In this document: positions 20,342 to 29,838 of the stretch, one piece after another
How positions within the stretch are numbered: position 1 is the first letter of the stretch
Layout of the letters: each line of letters starts with the position of its first letter
From: Armatimonadota bacterium
Lineage (GTDB): Bacteria > Armatimonadota > UBA5829 > DTJY01
Reading direction: 5' to 3'
Assembly: GCA_025358205.1 (NCBI GenBank)
Contig: JANYKG010000070.1
Coordinates: 13,748-77,747 of the forward strand
Length of the DNA stretch: 64,000 bases
Program-made: the position numbers and the translations under genes
Notes under the pieces: generated by a model
What the model was told of the DNA's origin: nothing
What the model saw: the letters and a program-made list of their open reading frames with translations, nothing else
Databases searched by the model: none

Positions 20342-20931
20342 TGATTGTCTTTTCCGGGATCGGATGGCAAGGAGCCAGCTCTCTGAAGTGCGTTCTCGAA
20401 GGTATCGAGAACTGCGTGGTCTTCGATCAGTGCAGCGAACTGGCCGAGCCACTCGCGGATGTAGTCCAAATCCACGGACAGCTTCTGCCTTACCAGCACT
20501 CGCTCGATATCTTCAATATCCCTGGGGCGGCCTGCGATGCACTTGTGTATGATCAGGTCTTCGGGGCCTATCAGCCGAACTGCCTGTTGCCCATGAAGTG
20601 TCACATCCACAGCGCGGCGGATGGCTTCCTCTTCATAGCCGGGAATGCCGAGTGCGATATCCACGGGTGTTCCATCGGTACCGGAGATCAGGAGTACGCG
20701 GTTTTCCAGCGCGAAGGGGACCGCATCGCTTAGGCGCGGCTCAAACCTGCTAAGTATGGCATCGAAGAAGCTATCTTGCCTATCGAGAGGCAGGAGAATC
20801 ACCAGATCAACATCGCTGGTAGTGCGCGCCTCGCCCCAGTACTGGACGGCTATCCCTCCAATAATGGCGTATGGAATCCTCTGCTCATCCAGGAAGCTGC
20901 CGATCTCAGCCGCAGTATCCATGATGTTCAT
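20338..20931 (-). CDS. AbiEii-like nucleotidyltransferase (pol-beta fold GG...DVD)
   Basis: IIGGIAVQYWGEARTTSDVDLVI motif. Start taken at internal MNIMD, giving ATGA overlap with the upstream small ORF. Paralog of 54392..55018. Confidence 0.6.
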   Translation of the reverse strand: MNIMDTAAEIGSFLDEQRIPYAIIGGIAVQYWGEARTTSDVDLVILLPLDRQDSFFDAILSRFEPRLSDAVPFALENRVLLISGTDGTPVDIALGIPGYEEEAIRRAVDVTLHGQQAVRLIGPEDLIIHKCIAGRPRDIEDIERVLVRQKLSVDLDYIREWLGQFAALIEDHAVLDTFENALQRAGSLPSDPGKDNQ

Positions 20932-21179
20932 GCTGAGGGCCTCTTCTTGCGGGTTTGCCGATCCAACACGCGGCGCATGGCCATCAGGACATACGAAGGC
21001 TCGGCTGCGTCCCGTGGATTCCACAACTCATTCTCGGTCAGGGATAGGTAGATCGCCCAAGACTCCTCAGGCGTGCGGTTCCGCAGAGCGTGAACGCGTT
21101 CTTTCTCAATCACCTTCTGAGCTTCGCGCTGGCCCGCCAGCCAACGCTGGACGTCTGATTTGGATAGTCTCGATCCCAT
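20928..21179 (-). CDS. small protein (83 aa) upstream partner of NTase
   Basis: Overlaps NTase start by 4 nt. No family assigned. Confidence 0.45.
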   Translation of the reverse strand: MGSRLSKSDVQRWLAGQREAQKVIEKERVHALRNRTPEESWAIYLSLTENELWNPRDAAEPSYVLMAMRRVLDRQTRKKRPSA

Positions 21180-21236
21180 GTCTATCCTCCGAAAATGCCG
21201 AAAACCTTAGGCATATTATACCACATGAACCACCCG

Positions 21237-22742
21237 TCAGGCTTTTCGGCGGGGCGTCTGCATTTTGCTGCCATCGGCGTATGGGATGTTGCCCGACGCA
21301 TCGGTGGTGTAGCCCCACATGTCGAGATAATGCTGCCTCGATCCGAACTCATCGCCAATGCGTTTCAGCGCCGACTGGAGGCGGGCATCCAGCTTCTTCT
21401 CAAGCGACTCGGAATCCGGCTGCCCGATCAAGTTGTTCATCTGATGCGAGTCCTTCGCGTCGTCGAACAGCAGCGATGGACCCTTGCGGGTGCGCACATA
21501 GGTATACTGCTTGGTGCGAATGGCCCTGTACTCCGGCTCATCCTTGGCCCCGGAAAAGGGCGCGGGCAGCATGTACAGCGCTATTCGGTCCTCTTCCTTC
21601 TTCGCGCGGATCAAAGGCGCAAGGCTCTCGCCTTCTACCGACTTCGGCACAGGCACCTTCGCGAGGCCGAACAGGGTCGGCAGAATGTCCACCGTGCCGA
21701 TGGGCATCTTCACCACCCGCCCCTTACGCCCGAGTTCCGACGGATAGCGCAGCAGGAACGGCACCCGAGCGGATTCGTCCCACGGGACCTGCTTGAATGT
21801 GGGCGGGAAACCGTGTGAGCCAAGCGTCTCGCCGTGGTCGGATGTGAACACGAGTATGGTGTTCTCGGCCAGCCCGGTCTCCTCCAGCGTGGCGACCAAG
21901 TCCCCAACGCACTTATCAAGCGCGGTGCAATGGCCGTAGTATCCCTGGGCCTGCTGACGGGAAACCTGCTGCAACTTCTCAGGCACGTTGGGCGGCAACT
22001 TGATGCTATCCGGCGGATACAGCGCCTTGTATTCCGCGGGTGCGGTCTCGTGCGGGAAGTGCGGCGTCCCGTAGGAGACGAAAAGCGCGAACGGCTTGTC
22101 GGCCTTGGCGTGGTCGTGCAGATACTGCTGGGCGTCCTTGGTCTGCGCGAACGCATCGTACCCCTTCCAATACTGCTTCACGTCGGACGTGCCGGTGTAG
22201 TAATGCGAATGCGGATAGTTGTGATCGCATTCGGCGACCTTCCAGTATTGGAAGCCCTGGCGTCGCTCGGGCGGGATGTATGCGGAACGGCCGTGTCCAT
22301 CCAGGTGCCACTTGCCTATGTAGCCGGTGTCGTAGCCCGCTTGGTCGAGCATCTCCGCCATGCACACTTCACTGTCCGGCAGATATAGGTCGTTCATGAA
22401 CATGCCGGTGGTGGTCGGATATCGCCCGGTCAGCAGCGCGGCCCGGTACGGTGTGCAGACAGGGCAGACCGAGATGGCGTTGTGGAAGCTGAGGCTCTCT
22501 TCAGCCAGGCGATCCAGGTTCGGCGTCTTGACGTTTGGGTCGCCCTCGTAGCCGGTAGCCGATGCGCGCCACTGGTCCGCGAGCAGGTAGACGATATTAG
22601 GATGCTTGGGTGGCTTGGCTGGTTTGCCGGTCTGCTTGGCATTCAGCAGGCCACGCGAGCCGAGCAGCCCCAGGCCGACCAGCCCCGCGCCCTGTAGGAA
22701 TGATCGCCTGCTTATCGAGTCTTGTCCATCTTGTCTAGCCAT
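21237..22742 (-). CDS. Tat-secreted sulfatase (arylsulfatase family)
   Basis: SRRSFLQGAGLVGLG twin-arginine signal. CPVCTPYRAALLTGRY formylglycine motif (C-T-P-x-R). Sulfatase fold motifs. Confidence 0.85.
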   Translation of the reverse strand: MARQDGQDSISRRSFLQGAGLVGLGLLGSRGLLNAKQTGKPAKPPKHPNIVYLLADQWRASATGYEGDPNVKTPNLDRLAEESLSFHNAISVCPVCTPYRAALLTGRYPTTTGMFMNDLYLPDSEVCMAEMLDQAGYDTGYIGKWHLDGHGRSAYIPPERRQGFQYWKVAECDHNYPHSHYYTGTSDVKQYWKGYDAFAQTKDAQQYLHDHAKADKPFALFVSYGTPHFPHETAPAEYKALYPPDSIKLPPNVPEKLQQVSRQQAQGYYGHCTALDKCVGDLVATLEETGLAENTILVFTSDHGETLGSHGFPPTFKQVPWDESARVPFLLRYPSELGRKGRVVKMPIGTVDILPTLFGLAKVPVPKSVEGESLAPLIRAKKEEDRIALYMLPAPFSGAKDEPEYRAIRTKQYTYVRTRKGPSLLFDDAKDSHQMNNLIGQPDSESLEKKLDARLQSALKRIGDEFGSRQHYLDMWGYTTDASGNIPYADGSKMQTPRRKA

Positions 22743-22823
22743 GTCTTCTCCATCAGATCAGCCATCCACCTTCGATCACTCCGCCGAGGCGAACGAACTC
22801 CGGCGGACAAGTCAACCATTCCT

Positions 22824-24410
22824 TCATTCCCCAACAGGTGGTTTCTGCATCTGCGAGGGTTTCCCTGCTTTGAAGAGCAAGAGGAGCGGCAGAATCAGGA
22901 TGAAGAGCATTCCCACCACTATGAAGGCGTCCTCATACGCCATGACCGCCGCCTGGCCTTGCACCGTTCGGTCGAGTATGGTGACCGCCTGCTGCCTGGC
23001 TATCGGCAGCGCGAACCCCTTTGACATCAACCCTTTGACCAGCAGGTTCAACCGCTCGATGGTCGCTGCGTTGTAGACGCTTATATGCTCGATGAGAGCG
23101 GCTCGGTGGAAGTTCGTGCGGTGATCCACCAGCGTGGACAAGAAGGCAATTCCCGCGCTGCCGCCGATCTGGCGGAATACATTGAACAAGCCGGTCCCGT
23201 CCGCCATATCCTTCCCTTTCAGACTGATCAGCGTCGCCAGCGTGAGCGGAACGAACAGGAAGCCCAGCGAAGCGCCCCTTAATACCAGCGGCCAGAACAG
23301 GTGCTCCGGGCCGGTATCCATGGTGATGGTGCGCATGGCGAACGACGATATGATGAACCCGATAGCCCCTATCGCGACGAGGTTGCGCGCCGGAAACTTC
23401 GAGACCAGCTTACCAACCACCGGCATTATGATAGCGGTGGCCATGGCGCCCGGAAAGATGATCCATCCGCTCTGTTCGGCTGAGTAGTGACGCAACTGCT
23501 GAAGGAAGACAGGGATGATGAATATTCCACCGAACAGGCCGAAACCCACAACAGTCGCGACCACGGTTCCAGCGGCAAACCCTCGGTTCTTCAGCACCCG
23601 AAGATTGACCGCGGGATGTTCTATCTTCAACTCCCACATAACAAAGGCAATAAGTGCAATCACCGAGCTGATGGTCAGCCACACTATCATTGACGAACTG
23701 AACCATCCTTCGTGATTGCCCTTTTCCAGAACGGTCTGCATGGATCCCAATCCGATAGCGAGCAGACCGATCCCCACGAAGTCCATCCCGCCGTGGTGCG
23801 TTTTCCCGTTCGGCGAATCGTGGACGAACATCATCGTGAGTATGGCGGCTATGATGCCGATTGGGATATTGATGAAGAAGACCCACGGCCAGCTATAGTT
23901 GTCGGTGATCCAGCCGCCGAGCGTAGGGCCAACGGTGGGTCCCACCATCACGCCGATGCCGTACACGGCCTGCACCATACCAAGCTGATGCGGCGGGAAT
24001 ATCTGCATCATGGTAGCTTGAGCCGTTGAGAGCAGCGCCGCGCCGCCCGCGCCCTGCAGTATCCTGTAGAAAATGAGCAATGGCAGCGTGTGTGCGGTAC
24101 CGCACAGGAACGATGCGATGGTGAAAATGACGATTGACGCTGTCAGGTAACGCTTCCGCCCGAAAGTTGATGACAGCCAACCCGTCAGCGGGAGGAATAT
24201 GACATTGGCGATGATATAACCCGTCGAGACCCAGCCGATCTGCTCCAGAGTCGCGCCCAGGTTGCCCATCATCTGGGGGATGGCAACGTTGACGATGCTG
24301 GTGTCTATGACCTGCATCAGCGTCCCCAGCATGAGGGCAAGCAGGATTATCCAACGAGTTGCGCTGGAATACTCGGCATATTCTGCACGGTCGGTCGGCG
24401 CCTGTGCCAC
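22824..24410 (-). CDS. MFS transporter, DHA2 (EmrB/QacA) 14-TMS drug:H+ antiporter
   Basis: 528 aa with 14 predicted TM helices. Sits in an operon with HlyD and TetR. Confidence 0.8.
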   Translation of the reverse strand: MAQAPTDRAEYAEYSSATRWIILLALMLGTLMQVIDTSIVNVAIPQMMGNLGATLEQIGWVSTGYIIANVIFLPLTGWLSSTFGRKRYLTASIVIFTIASFLCGTAHTLPLLIFYRILQGAGGAALLSTAQATMMQIFPPHQLGMVQAVYGIGVMVGPTVGPTLGGWITDNYSWPWVFFINIPIGIIAAILTMMFVHDSPNGKTHHGGMDFVGIGLLAIGLGSMQTVLEKGNHEGWFSSSMIVWLTISSVIALIAFVMWELKIEHPAVNLRVLKNRGFAAGTVVATVVGFGLFGGIFIIPVFLQQLRHYSAEQSGWIIFPGAMATAIIMPVVGKLVSKFPARNLVAIGAIGFIISSFAMRTITMDTGPEHLFWPLVLRGASLGFLFVPLTLATLISLKGKDMADGTGLFNVFRQIGGSAGIAFLSTLVDHRTNFHRAALIEHISVYNAATIERLNLLVKGLMSKGFALPIARQQAVTILDRTVQGQAAVMAYEDAFIVVGMLFILILPLLLLFKAGKPSQMQKPPVGE

Positions 24411-24437
24411 GGTGGTTGCCTTTCCTGGTACACCAGA

Positions 24438-26057
24438 CTACTTAACTGCTATCGTGGCACGAACCGACATCCCTGCTCGCAAAAGGTCGGCATTCTTCTC
24501 CTCGGCCCCGATCAAGATTTTGACCGGTATTCGCTGCACAACCTTGGTGAAGTTGCCCGTCGCATTATCCGCCGGCAGGAGCGCAAAGGTAGCGCCGGTT
24601 GCGGCTGAGATGCTGTCTACCTTGCCGTGGAAGACCATGCCCGGAAGTGCGTCCACACTGATATCGGCGTCTCTTCCCGGTTCGATGCCGGATAGCTGTG
24701 TCTCCTTGAGATTGGCGACAACCCACTTCTCGGTGTCGGAAACAATCGCCATGAGCGGCGTGCCGGGCTGGACGAGCGCGCCGACTTCCACAGTCTTCTT
24801 GCTGATCCGTCCCGTGATGGGCGCGTAGATGCGAGTGTACGCAAGTTGAAGACGTGCGGCATCCAGTGCAGCTTTGGCCTGGTCAATCTTCGCAAGCGCC
24901 TGCGACTGGACGCTCCGGCTCACCGCCACCTGACGCGGTGCGGTGTTCGCCTGACTGAGCGCCCCGAGCGCCTGCCTGCTCTTCGCTTTGGCCTGCTGGA
25001 CGTTCTGCTGTGCCACTTTGCGCTGGGCCTCTGCCTGGCCTATGCTCTCGCGTGATGCTTCGGCCTGCTCGCGGGACGCGGACAACTGGGCTTTGGCCTG
25101 CGCGATGGCGGCGTCCGATGCCTCAAGCTGATCCTGTGCCGCACTTAGGTCGGCTTCTCTCTGAACAACAATCGCCCGCGCGTTATCAAGCTGTGCCTGT
25201 GCTGCATCTGCGGATGATGTGGCGGCTTCCAATGCCTGATCACTCACTGCTTGCTCTGCGGCTAGCTGTGAGTAGCGTTTGGCGTCCTTGGCTGCACGGT
25301 TGTAGATCGCCTGAGCAGACCGCACGCTCGCCTGTGACGCGTCAATCAGCGCCTGTGCGGCTCCAATTGCGCTTGTAGATCGCTTCTTGTTCGCAATCGC
25401 GGCATTCAGCGCGGCCTCTGCTGTGCCGATGTTGGCCTCCGCGCTGTGGGACATAGCAATCGCGCCCTTCACGTTCGCATCCGTGCGGGCCACCTCGGCA
25501 ACTGCGCTGCCGATTCCGCTCTGAGCCTGATCCATCGCTCCCGACGCCTGCTGAACCTGCGCGTTACCGGACTCAGAGGTAAGGGTCACGCTCACGCCCG
25601 CGCCTTTTGCCTGCGCGATAGCGGCCTTCAGATCAGCTTCTCTCTGAGCTACCACCACTCGATAAGTAGAGTCATCAAGTACGGCAAGAAGCTCGCCCTC
25701 TTTGATCTCCTGGTTTTCCTTGACCAGCACTTGCTGTACCGTGCCGCTGACCTGTGGCGCGATCTGCACGACATCAGCCGTGACGTATGCGTTGTCAGTG
25801 GACACGTGACTGGAAGCGAAGAGCCAGTAATGAACGCCCAACACGATCCCGACAAGCAGACCTATGCCGAGCAGCGCCATGACTTGCGGTTTCAGCCAGA
25901 CTAGTGCGGACTTCTTCGCCTTGCTTTGGTGGGATCGTGAGCCGCTGCTCTTGGCCAGCGGTTCAGGTATCTGATCAGTAGTTTTCTGAGTATCAGTCAA
26001 TTTCTTCTCCTCACGCGAATTATACACATCCCGCATAATCCGCGTCCTTCTGAGCAT
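24438..26057 (-). CDS. HlyD/EmrA-family periplasmic adaptor with extended coiled-coil
   Basis: N-terminal TM, long A/Q-rich alpha-helical hairpin, C-terminal beta-barrel (YAPITGRIS...). Alternative start MRDVYNS at 26036. Confidence 0.75.
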   Translation of the reverse strand: MLRRTRIMRDVYNSREEKKLTDTQKTTDQIPEPLAKSSGSRSHQSKAKKSALVWLKPQVMALLGIGLLVGIVLGVHYWLFASSHVSTDNAYVTADVVQIAPQVSGTVQQVLVKENQEIKEGELLAVLDDSTYRVVVAQREADLKAAIAQAKGAGVSVTLTSESGNAQVQQASGAMDQAQSGIGSAVAEVARTDANVKGAIAMSHSAEANIGTAEAALNAAIANKKRSTSAIGAAQALIDASQASVRSAQAIYNRAAKDAKRYSQLAAEQAVSDQALEAATSSADAAQAQLDNARAIVVQREADLSAAQDQLEASDAAIAQAKAQLSASREQAEASRESIGQAEAQRKVAQQNVQQAKAKSRQALGALSQANTAPRQVAVSRSVQSQALAKIDQAKAALDAARLQLAYTRIYAPITGRISKKTVEVGALVQPGTPLMAIVSDTEKWVVANLKETQLSGIEPGRDADISVDALPGMVFHGKVDSISAATGATFALLPADNATGNFTKVVQRIPVKILIGAEEKNADLLRAGMSVRATIAVK

Positions 26058-26098
26058 TATTCAGGCTTTTCATGAACAATGCGGGCTATCACGCATGC
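26030..26098. repeat. REP-like element, copy d, overlapping TetR stop and HlyD start
   Basis: CCCGCATAATCCGCG...GAGCATTATTCaggcttttcatGAACAATGCGGG. The last 10 codons of TetR and the first 7 of HlyD are read from it. Confidence 0.75.
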
Positions 26099-26709
26099 GC
26101 TGGTGTCACGCCGCAACAAACCGTTTAAGATCATATCAGCTATACCGAGGACTTTTGCCTCAATCTCGTCGCGCTGACCGAGTTCCCCTGCGCTGAGGCT
26201 GTACGGCAAAAGCGAGTTCGTCGCCAGCAGCATCAGGCGCGCGACGGCGTTCTCATCCTCGCAGTGGAATATACCCACGACACGACCCTGGGCGAGCGCG
26301 TGCGCCAACACCTGGGACTCGGCATCGTGGTAGCGGTTGCGCCTGGCATGGAAGATCGGCCTCATGGCAACGTACAGCTCATCCAGACTCTGGGCGAACT
26401 GCTGAACGCTGTCGAACCGAAACATGACCCGCGTGAGCAGAAACCTGCGTATGCGTTCGTCAGGGGGCAGATCGGAAGCGGTGATTAAGTTCAATTGTTC
26501 CAACAGCTCTTTGTTGGCGCGATCTATCCAACCGAGGGCGACTTCCTCTTTGCTGGGAAAATACAGGTAGATGGTGCCCTTGCCGATTCCGGCTTCATGG
26601 GCGATGTCATCCACCGTCATCTTCTTGTATCCGTAGTGCCCGAGCAGCCGTCCGACCGCGTCGAGTATGCTATCGCGAATATCCTTTTCCAAAGTTGCCT
26701 GCCGCATAT
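26057..26709 (-). CDS. TetR/AcrR family transcriptional regulator
   Basis: MTVDDIAHEAGIGKGTIYLYFPSKEE HTH. Start taken at MRQATLEK (ATG 26709-26707). Confidence 0.8.
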
Positions 26710-26716
26710 CTTTCCT

Positions 26717-26750
26717 GACTGGTGACCATATTTGTATTCTGGTCACCAGT
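26717..26750. promoter_or_regulatory. candidate TetR operator: perfect inverted repeat ACTGGTGACCA-N12-TGGTCACCAGT
   Basis: 11-bp perfect arms, 7 nt upstream of the TetR start codon. Confidence 0.5.
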
Positions 26751-26847
26751 ATATCAGGAAAAGAGTGTTTTTGACAACGGGTAAGCATGGATGATTGACC
26801 ACCAATGTCGCCAACCGTACTAATAGGTCTTCAATGGCATAACGAGT

Positions 26848-28611
26848 CTAGCGTTCCATGAATCGGTAGTTGAATCGCCCGTTCGGTGCGGCGTCGCCGT
26901 GTACGGTAAACTCTATCACATCGTCGTCTTTCTGCATGTTGTCCGCCCACTTGAACTGAAAACTGAGCGGCTTGCTCGTATCGGAAAAGCCCAGCATTAC
27001 GCGAGGAACGGCCATTTCCAGCTCGTTTCCATGCAGGTGATATTTGATATTAGCCTTCGGATGCCATTCCCAGCCGCCGACGCTCTCCTCCAGCAACGTG
27101 CTAGTTCCATCAGAAACCTTTCTGTTCACCACAAAGTTGTAGCCTTCCCAGCCGGTCTTCGGGTTGCAGTCCGTGTTGATGAAGAGCATCATCCAGCGCG
27201 GATCGGTGTGCGGGGTAATCGGCTCGCGGGTCTGCGCGTAGAAGTAGATGAACTCGTCATCGCGCGCCACCTTCAGAAGCGTGAAGTCATTGCGACCGGT
27301 GTTGTTGGTATACCGCCCTGAGTTGTCGTATCCGGGGTGATCCCTGTGCATAGTGTCGCCGATGTCGTCCCGATACTCCGGCTGAACGCTCTTCCACTGG
27401 TCGAAGCCTGCGCCGATGCGAATGGCCTGTTTGTGCCCGGCGGTCGGCTGGTTCCGCGCGCCCTTGAACTTGCGGATATAGTCCACCATCTGGTAGTAGT
27501 AGGCATCCGCGTGCCCACCCACCATCGGCTCGATGTCGCGGCTGTACTCCTGCGTGTACTGATCCACGAACATAACAGGCTCTTTCTCGCCCGCGAACTC
27601 CGGGAGCCTCATGGCAATCCACTCGTTCCAACCCGTGATCCAGATGAACTCAGGGTCCACCTCCAGCGCGCGCTTCCACTGCTCGGCGATATTAAGCCCA
27701 AGGTTCACAGCGCCCGGACGCTCGTCTTTCTTACCGTCATGCCAGCTTCGCCCGTAGGTATTTGGCACGCTGAACGCGGAGAGCCGTCCATCGTGGCCGT
27801 TCTGCCCAATGCCGACGACCATCTGCTCCGGCTTGTTCTTCTCATCGTAGAATACATGCTGTGGGTATATCTCCAGCCAACCCCACTGGTTCGGCCCGCT
27901 CGGCCCGGTGAAATAGCTCGGCTCCGGCTTTCGGAAGGTGAAGAAATTCTGGTACTGCGGATCAACCTTGCTCTGGTCTGCCAGTATCAGGGGCTTATTC
28001 TTCCACTGGAACCACAGGTCTTTGTACAGTCCCGGCCCGTAGAGATCGTCATGCAGCGCCTTCACTACCTTACTCGGATCCCAGAAGGGCGTGAGGAACG
28101 CGATCTGCGGGGTCTTGCCGCCGTCCTTGCGCACTTCGGAGAACACGCGGCATAGCTCCATGTAGACCTTCTTGTACGTGGCCTGATTTGTTACGTCGAA
28201 GATGATCACGTCCACACCTGCATCCGCCAGCATCTGCGCGTGCTTTCTCAGAACCCAGGCGTCGTCGCTCAGGTAGTAGCCGAAGAGCGGCTCACCCCAG
28301 TGATGGAAGTGGTTCTGCGGCCCCCACAGAGGGCTGTCCGCGTCTTTCATGGCGTCGGGGTCGCGCGCCAGTATCTTGGTGATATCGTAAGGGCCGTCCG
28401 TGCCGTGCTGGCCCATCCAGAGGAAGTAGAATATGCCTACGAATTTGTCTTTTCTCGGCGCACCGGTCTGCTCGCCGGTTCGCACGGTTCTGCCCAGCGC
28501 GTCTACCGCCGCCCATGTATCCGGCCGTGTGTCCCACTGGTCGGCGTTACCCTTGCCGGGCACGGTCGCCAGCAGCGCCAGCATCGCAACAAACGTTATT
28601 GTCCAGTTCAT
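26848..28611 (-). CDS. secreted TIM-barrel glycoside-hydrolase-like protein, paralog 2
   Basis: Signal peptide MNWTITFVAMLALLATVPGKGNA. GIFYFLWMG motif. Ends ...APNGRFNYRFMER. Confidence 0.6.
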   Translation of the reverse strand: MNWTITFVAMLALLATVPGKGNADQWDTRPDTWAAVDALGRTVRTGEQTGAPRKDKFVGIFYFLWMGQHGTDGPYDITKILARDPDAMKDADSPLWGPQNHFHHWGEPLFGYYLSDDAWVLRKHAQMLADAGVDVIIFDVTNQATYKKVYMELCRVFSEVRKDGGKTPQIAFLTPFWDPSKVVKALHDDLYGPGLYKDLWFQWKNKPLILADQSKVDPQYQNFFTFRKPEPSYFTGPSGPNQWGWLEIYPQHVFYDEKNKPEQMVVGIGQNGHDGRLSAFSVPNTYGRSWHDGKKDERPGAVNLGLNIAEQWKRALEVDPEFIWITGWNEWIAMRLPEFAGEKEPVMFVDQYTQEYSRDIEPMVGGHADAYYYQMVDYIRKFKGARNQPTAGHKQAIRIGAGFDQWKSVQPEYRDDIGDTMHRDHPGYDNSGRYTNNTGRNDFTLLKVARDDEFIYFYAQTREPITPHTDPRWMMLFINTDCNPKTGWEGYNFVVNRKVSDGTSTLLEESVGGWEWHPKANIKYHLHGNELEMAVPRVMLGFSDTSKPLSFQFKWADNMQKDDDVIEFTVHGDAAPNGRFNYRFMER

Positions 28612-28778
28612 CCCGTTTACCTCCGCAATGACCATAATAGCGCAGTAGCAACCTTTGTTCAAGTGAATTGCTTATATTGTTTCGCTGCTAGTGCGCAAGA
28701 ACCACTAAAGATGCCCATTAACGATTCCGATAATAGTTGTGAAGACTTTTCACACGATTTGCTGTAATTGGGGAACCC

Positions 28779-29831
28779 ATGTCTGAAAACCACTCCAATT
28801 CTGCCGGAGACAATGAAGCTGCCAATCTTCGGGTTGGTTATAGAATGCGTGTACACGCCTATTCTTCTGACGGCACGCTTCTCCTGAGCGCGGGTCAGGT
28901 GGTTTGCGCCGACATGCTCGAACGGCTTCAGTCGTCAGGAATCTCATTCGGATGGTGTCCGCCTGCCAAACCCGTAGACGAAGAGCCGGAGCCGTCCGCG
29001 GTTGAGAAATCAATACCCTCCTACATTCCACAGACCCACCACAAAGCCTACTCAGTGCGGAACGAGGCGCTGGAGAGCGTGCATACAGTGTTTGACCGCA
29101 TTGAATCCACCGGTGCGCTGGACCTGCCGAACGTGGAGAGTACAGTGTGCGACCTCATGGACCAGGTGGTATCCGATGGTCTTGCTGTAGCCTCGTTGAC
29201 TCAGATCAAGGACGCCGACGCTTACACCTACAGCCACTCTGTCAACGTCTGCATACTGGGAATGTACCTGGCGCTGACCACCAGCTATGAGAAGGAGATC
29301 AGGAGCATCGGCATAGGGGGATTGCTTCACGATATCGGCAAGCTGGCCGTGCCGGATGAGCTACTGAAGAGAGCCGGCCCACTGAGCGATGTGGAGCGGA
29401 AGATTGTTGAGGAGCATCCCAAACTAGGAGTGGAACTGCTGGTTCGCTCTGGGTGTAAGGATGCGATCGTCCTTTCCTGCGTGCAGGACCATCACGAGAA
29501 GCGCACTGGATTTGGCTATCCTCGGCACAAGCCTGCAAGTGAAGTCAGCCCCTATGCCAAGATGACTAGTCTGGCGGATGTGTTTGATGCGCTCACCACG
29601 GATCGTCCGTACAGAGCCGCGATGGCGCCGGAACACGCGCTGCTGCTGATGGTCACCGAGATGGGCCACCAGTTCGATCCCTGGCTGCTCAGACGGTTTG
29701 TCGAGGCTGTGGGAAGCATCGCCAAGTCAGCATTCGCGCTATCCGGTCGCACCGATATGCCGTCCGAGGAGTCCATCAAGGGACTGATACGCAAAGCGGA
29801 ACCCGTGCAAGGCATGGATTCCGCCGCGTAG
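28779..29831 (+). CDS. HD-GYP domain phosphodiesterase with N-terminal unknown domain
   Basis: LLHDIGKLAVP...HHEKRTGFGYP... Confidence 0.75.
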   Translation: MSENHSNSAGDNEAANLRVGYRMRVHAYSSDGTLLLSAGQVVCADMLERLQSSGISFGWCPPAKPVDEEPEPSAVEKSIPSYIPQTHHKAYSVRNEALESVHTVFDRIESTGALDLPNVESTVCDLMDQVVSDGLAVASLTQIKDADAYTYSHSVNVCILGMYLALTTSYEKEIRSIGIGGLLHDIGKLAVPDELLKRAGPLSDVERKIVEEHPKLGVELLVRSGCKDAIVLSCVQDHHEKRTGFGYPRHKPASEVSPYAKMTSLADVFDALTTDRPYRAAMAPEHALLLMVTEMGHQFDPWLLRRFVEAVGSIAKSAFALSGRTDMPSEESIKGLIRKAEPVQGMDSAA

Positions 29832-29838
29832 AAGCTCT

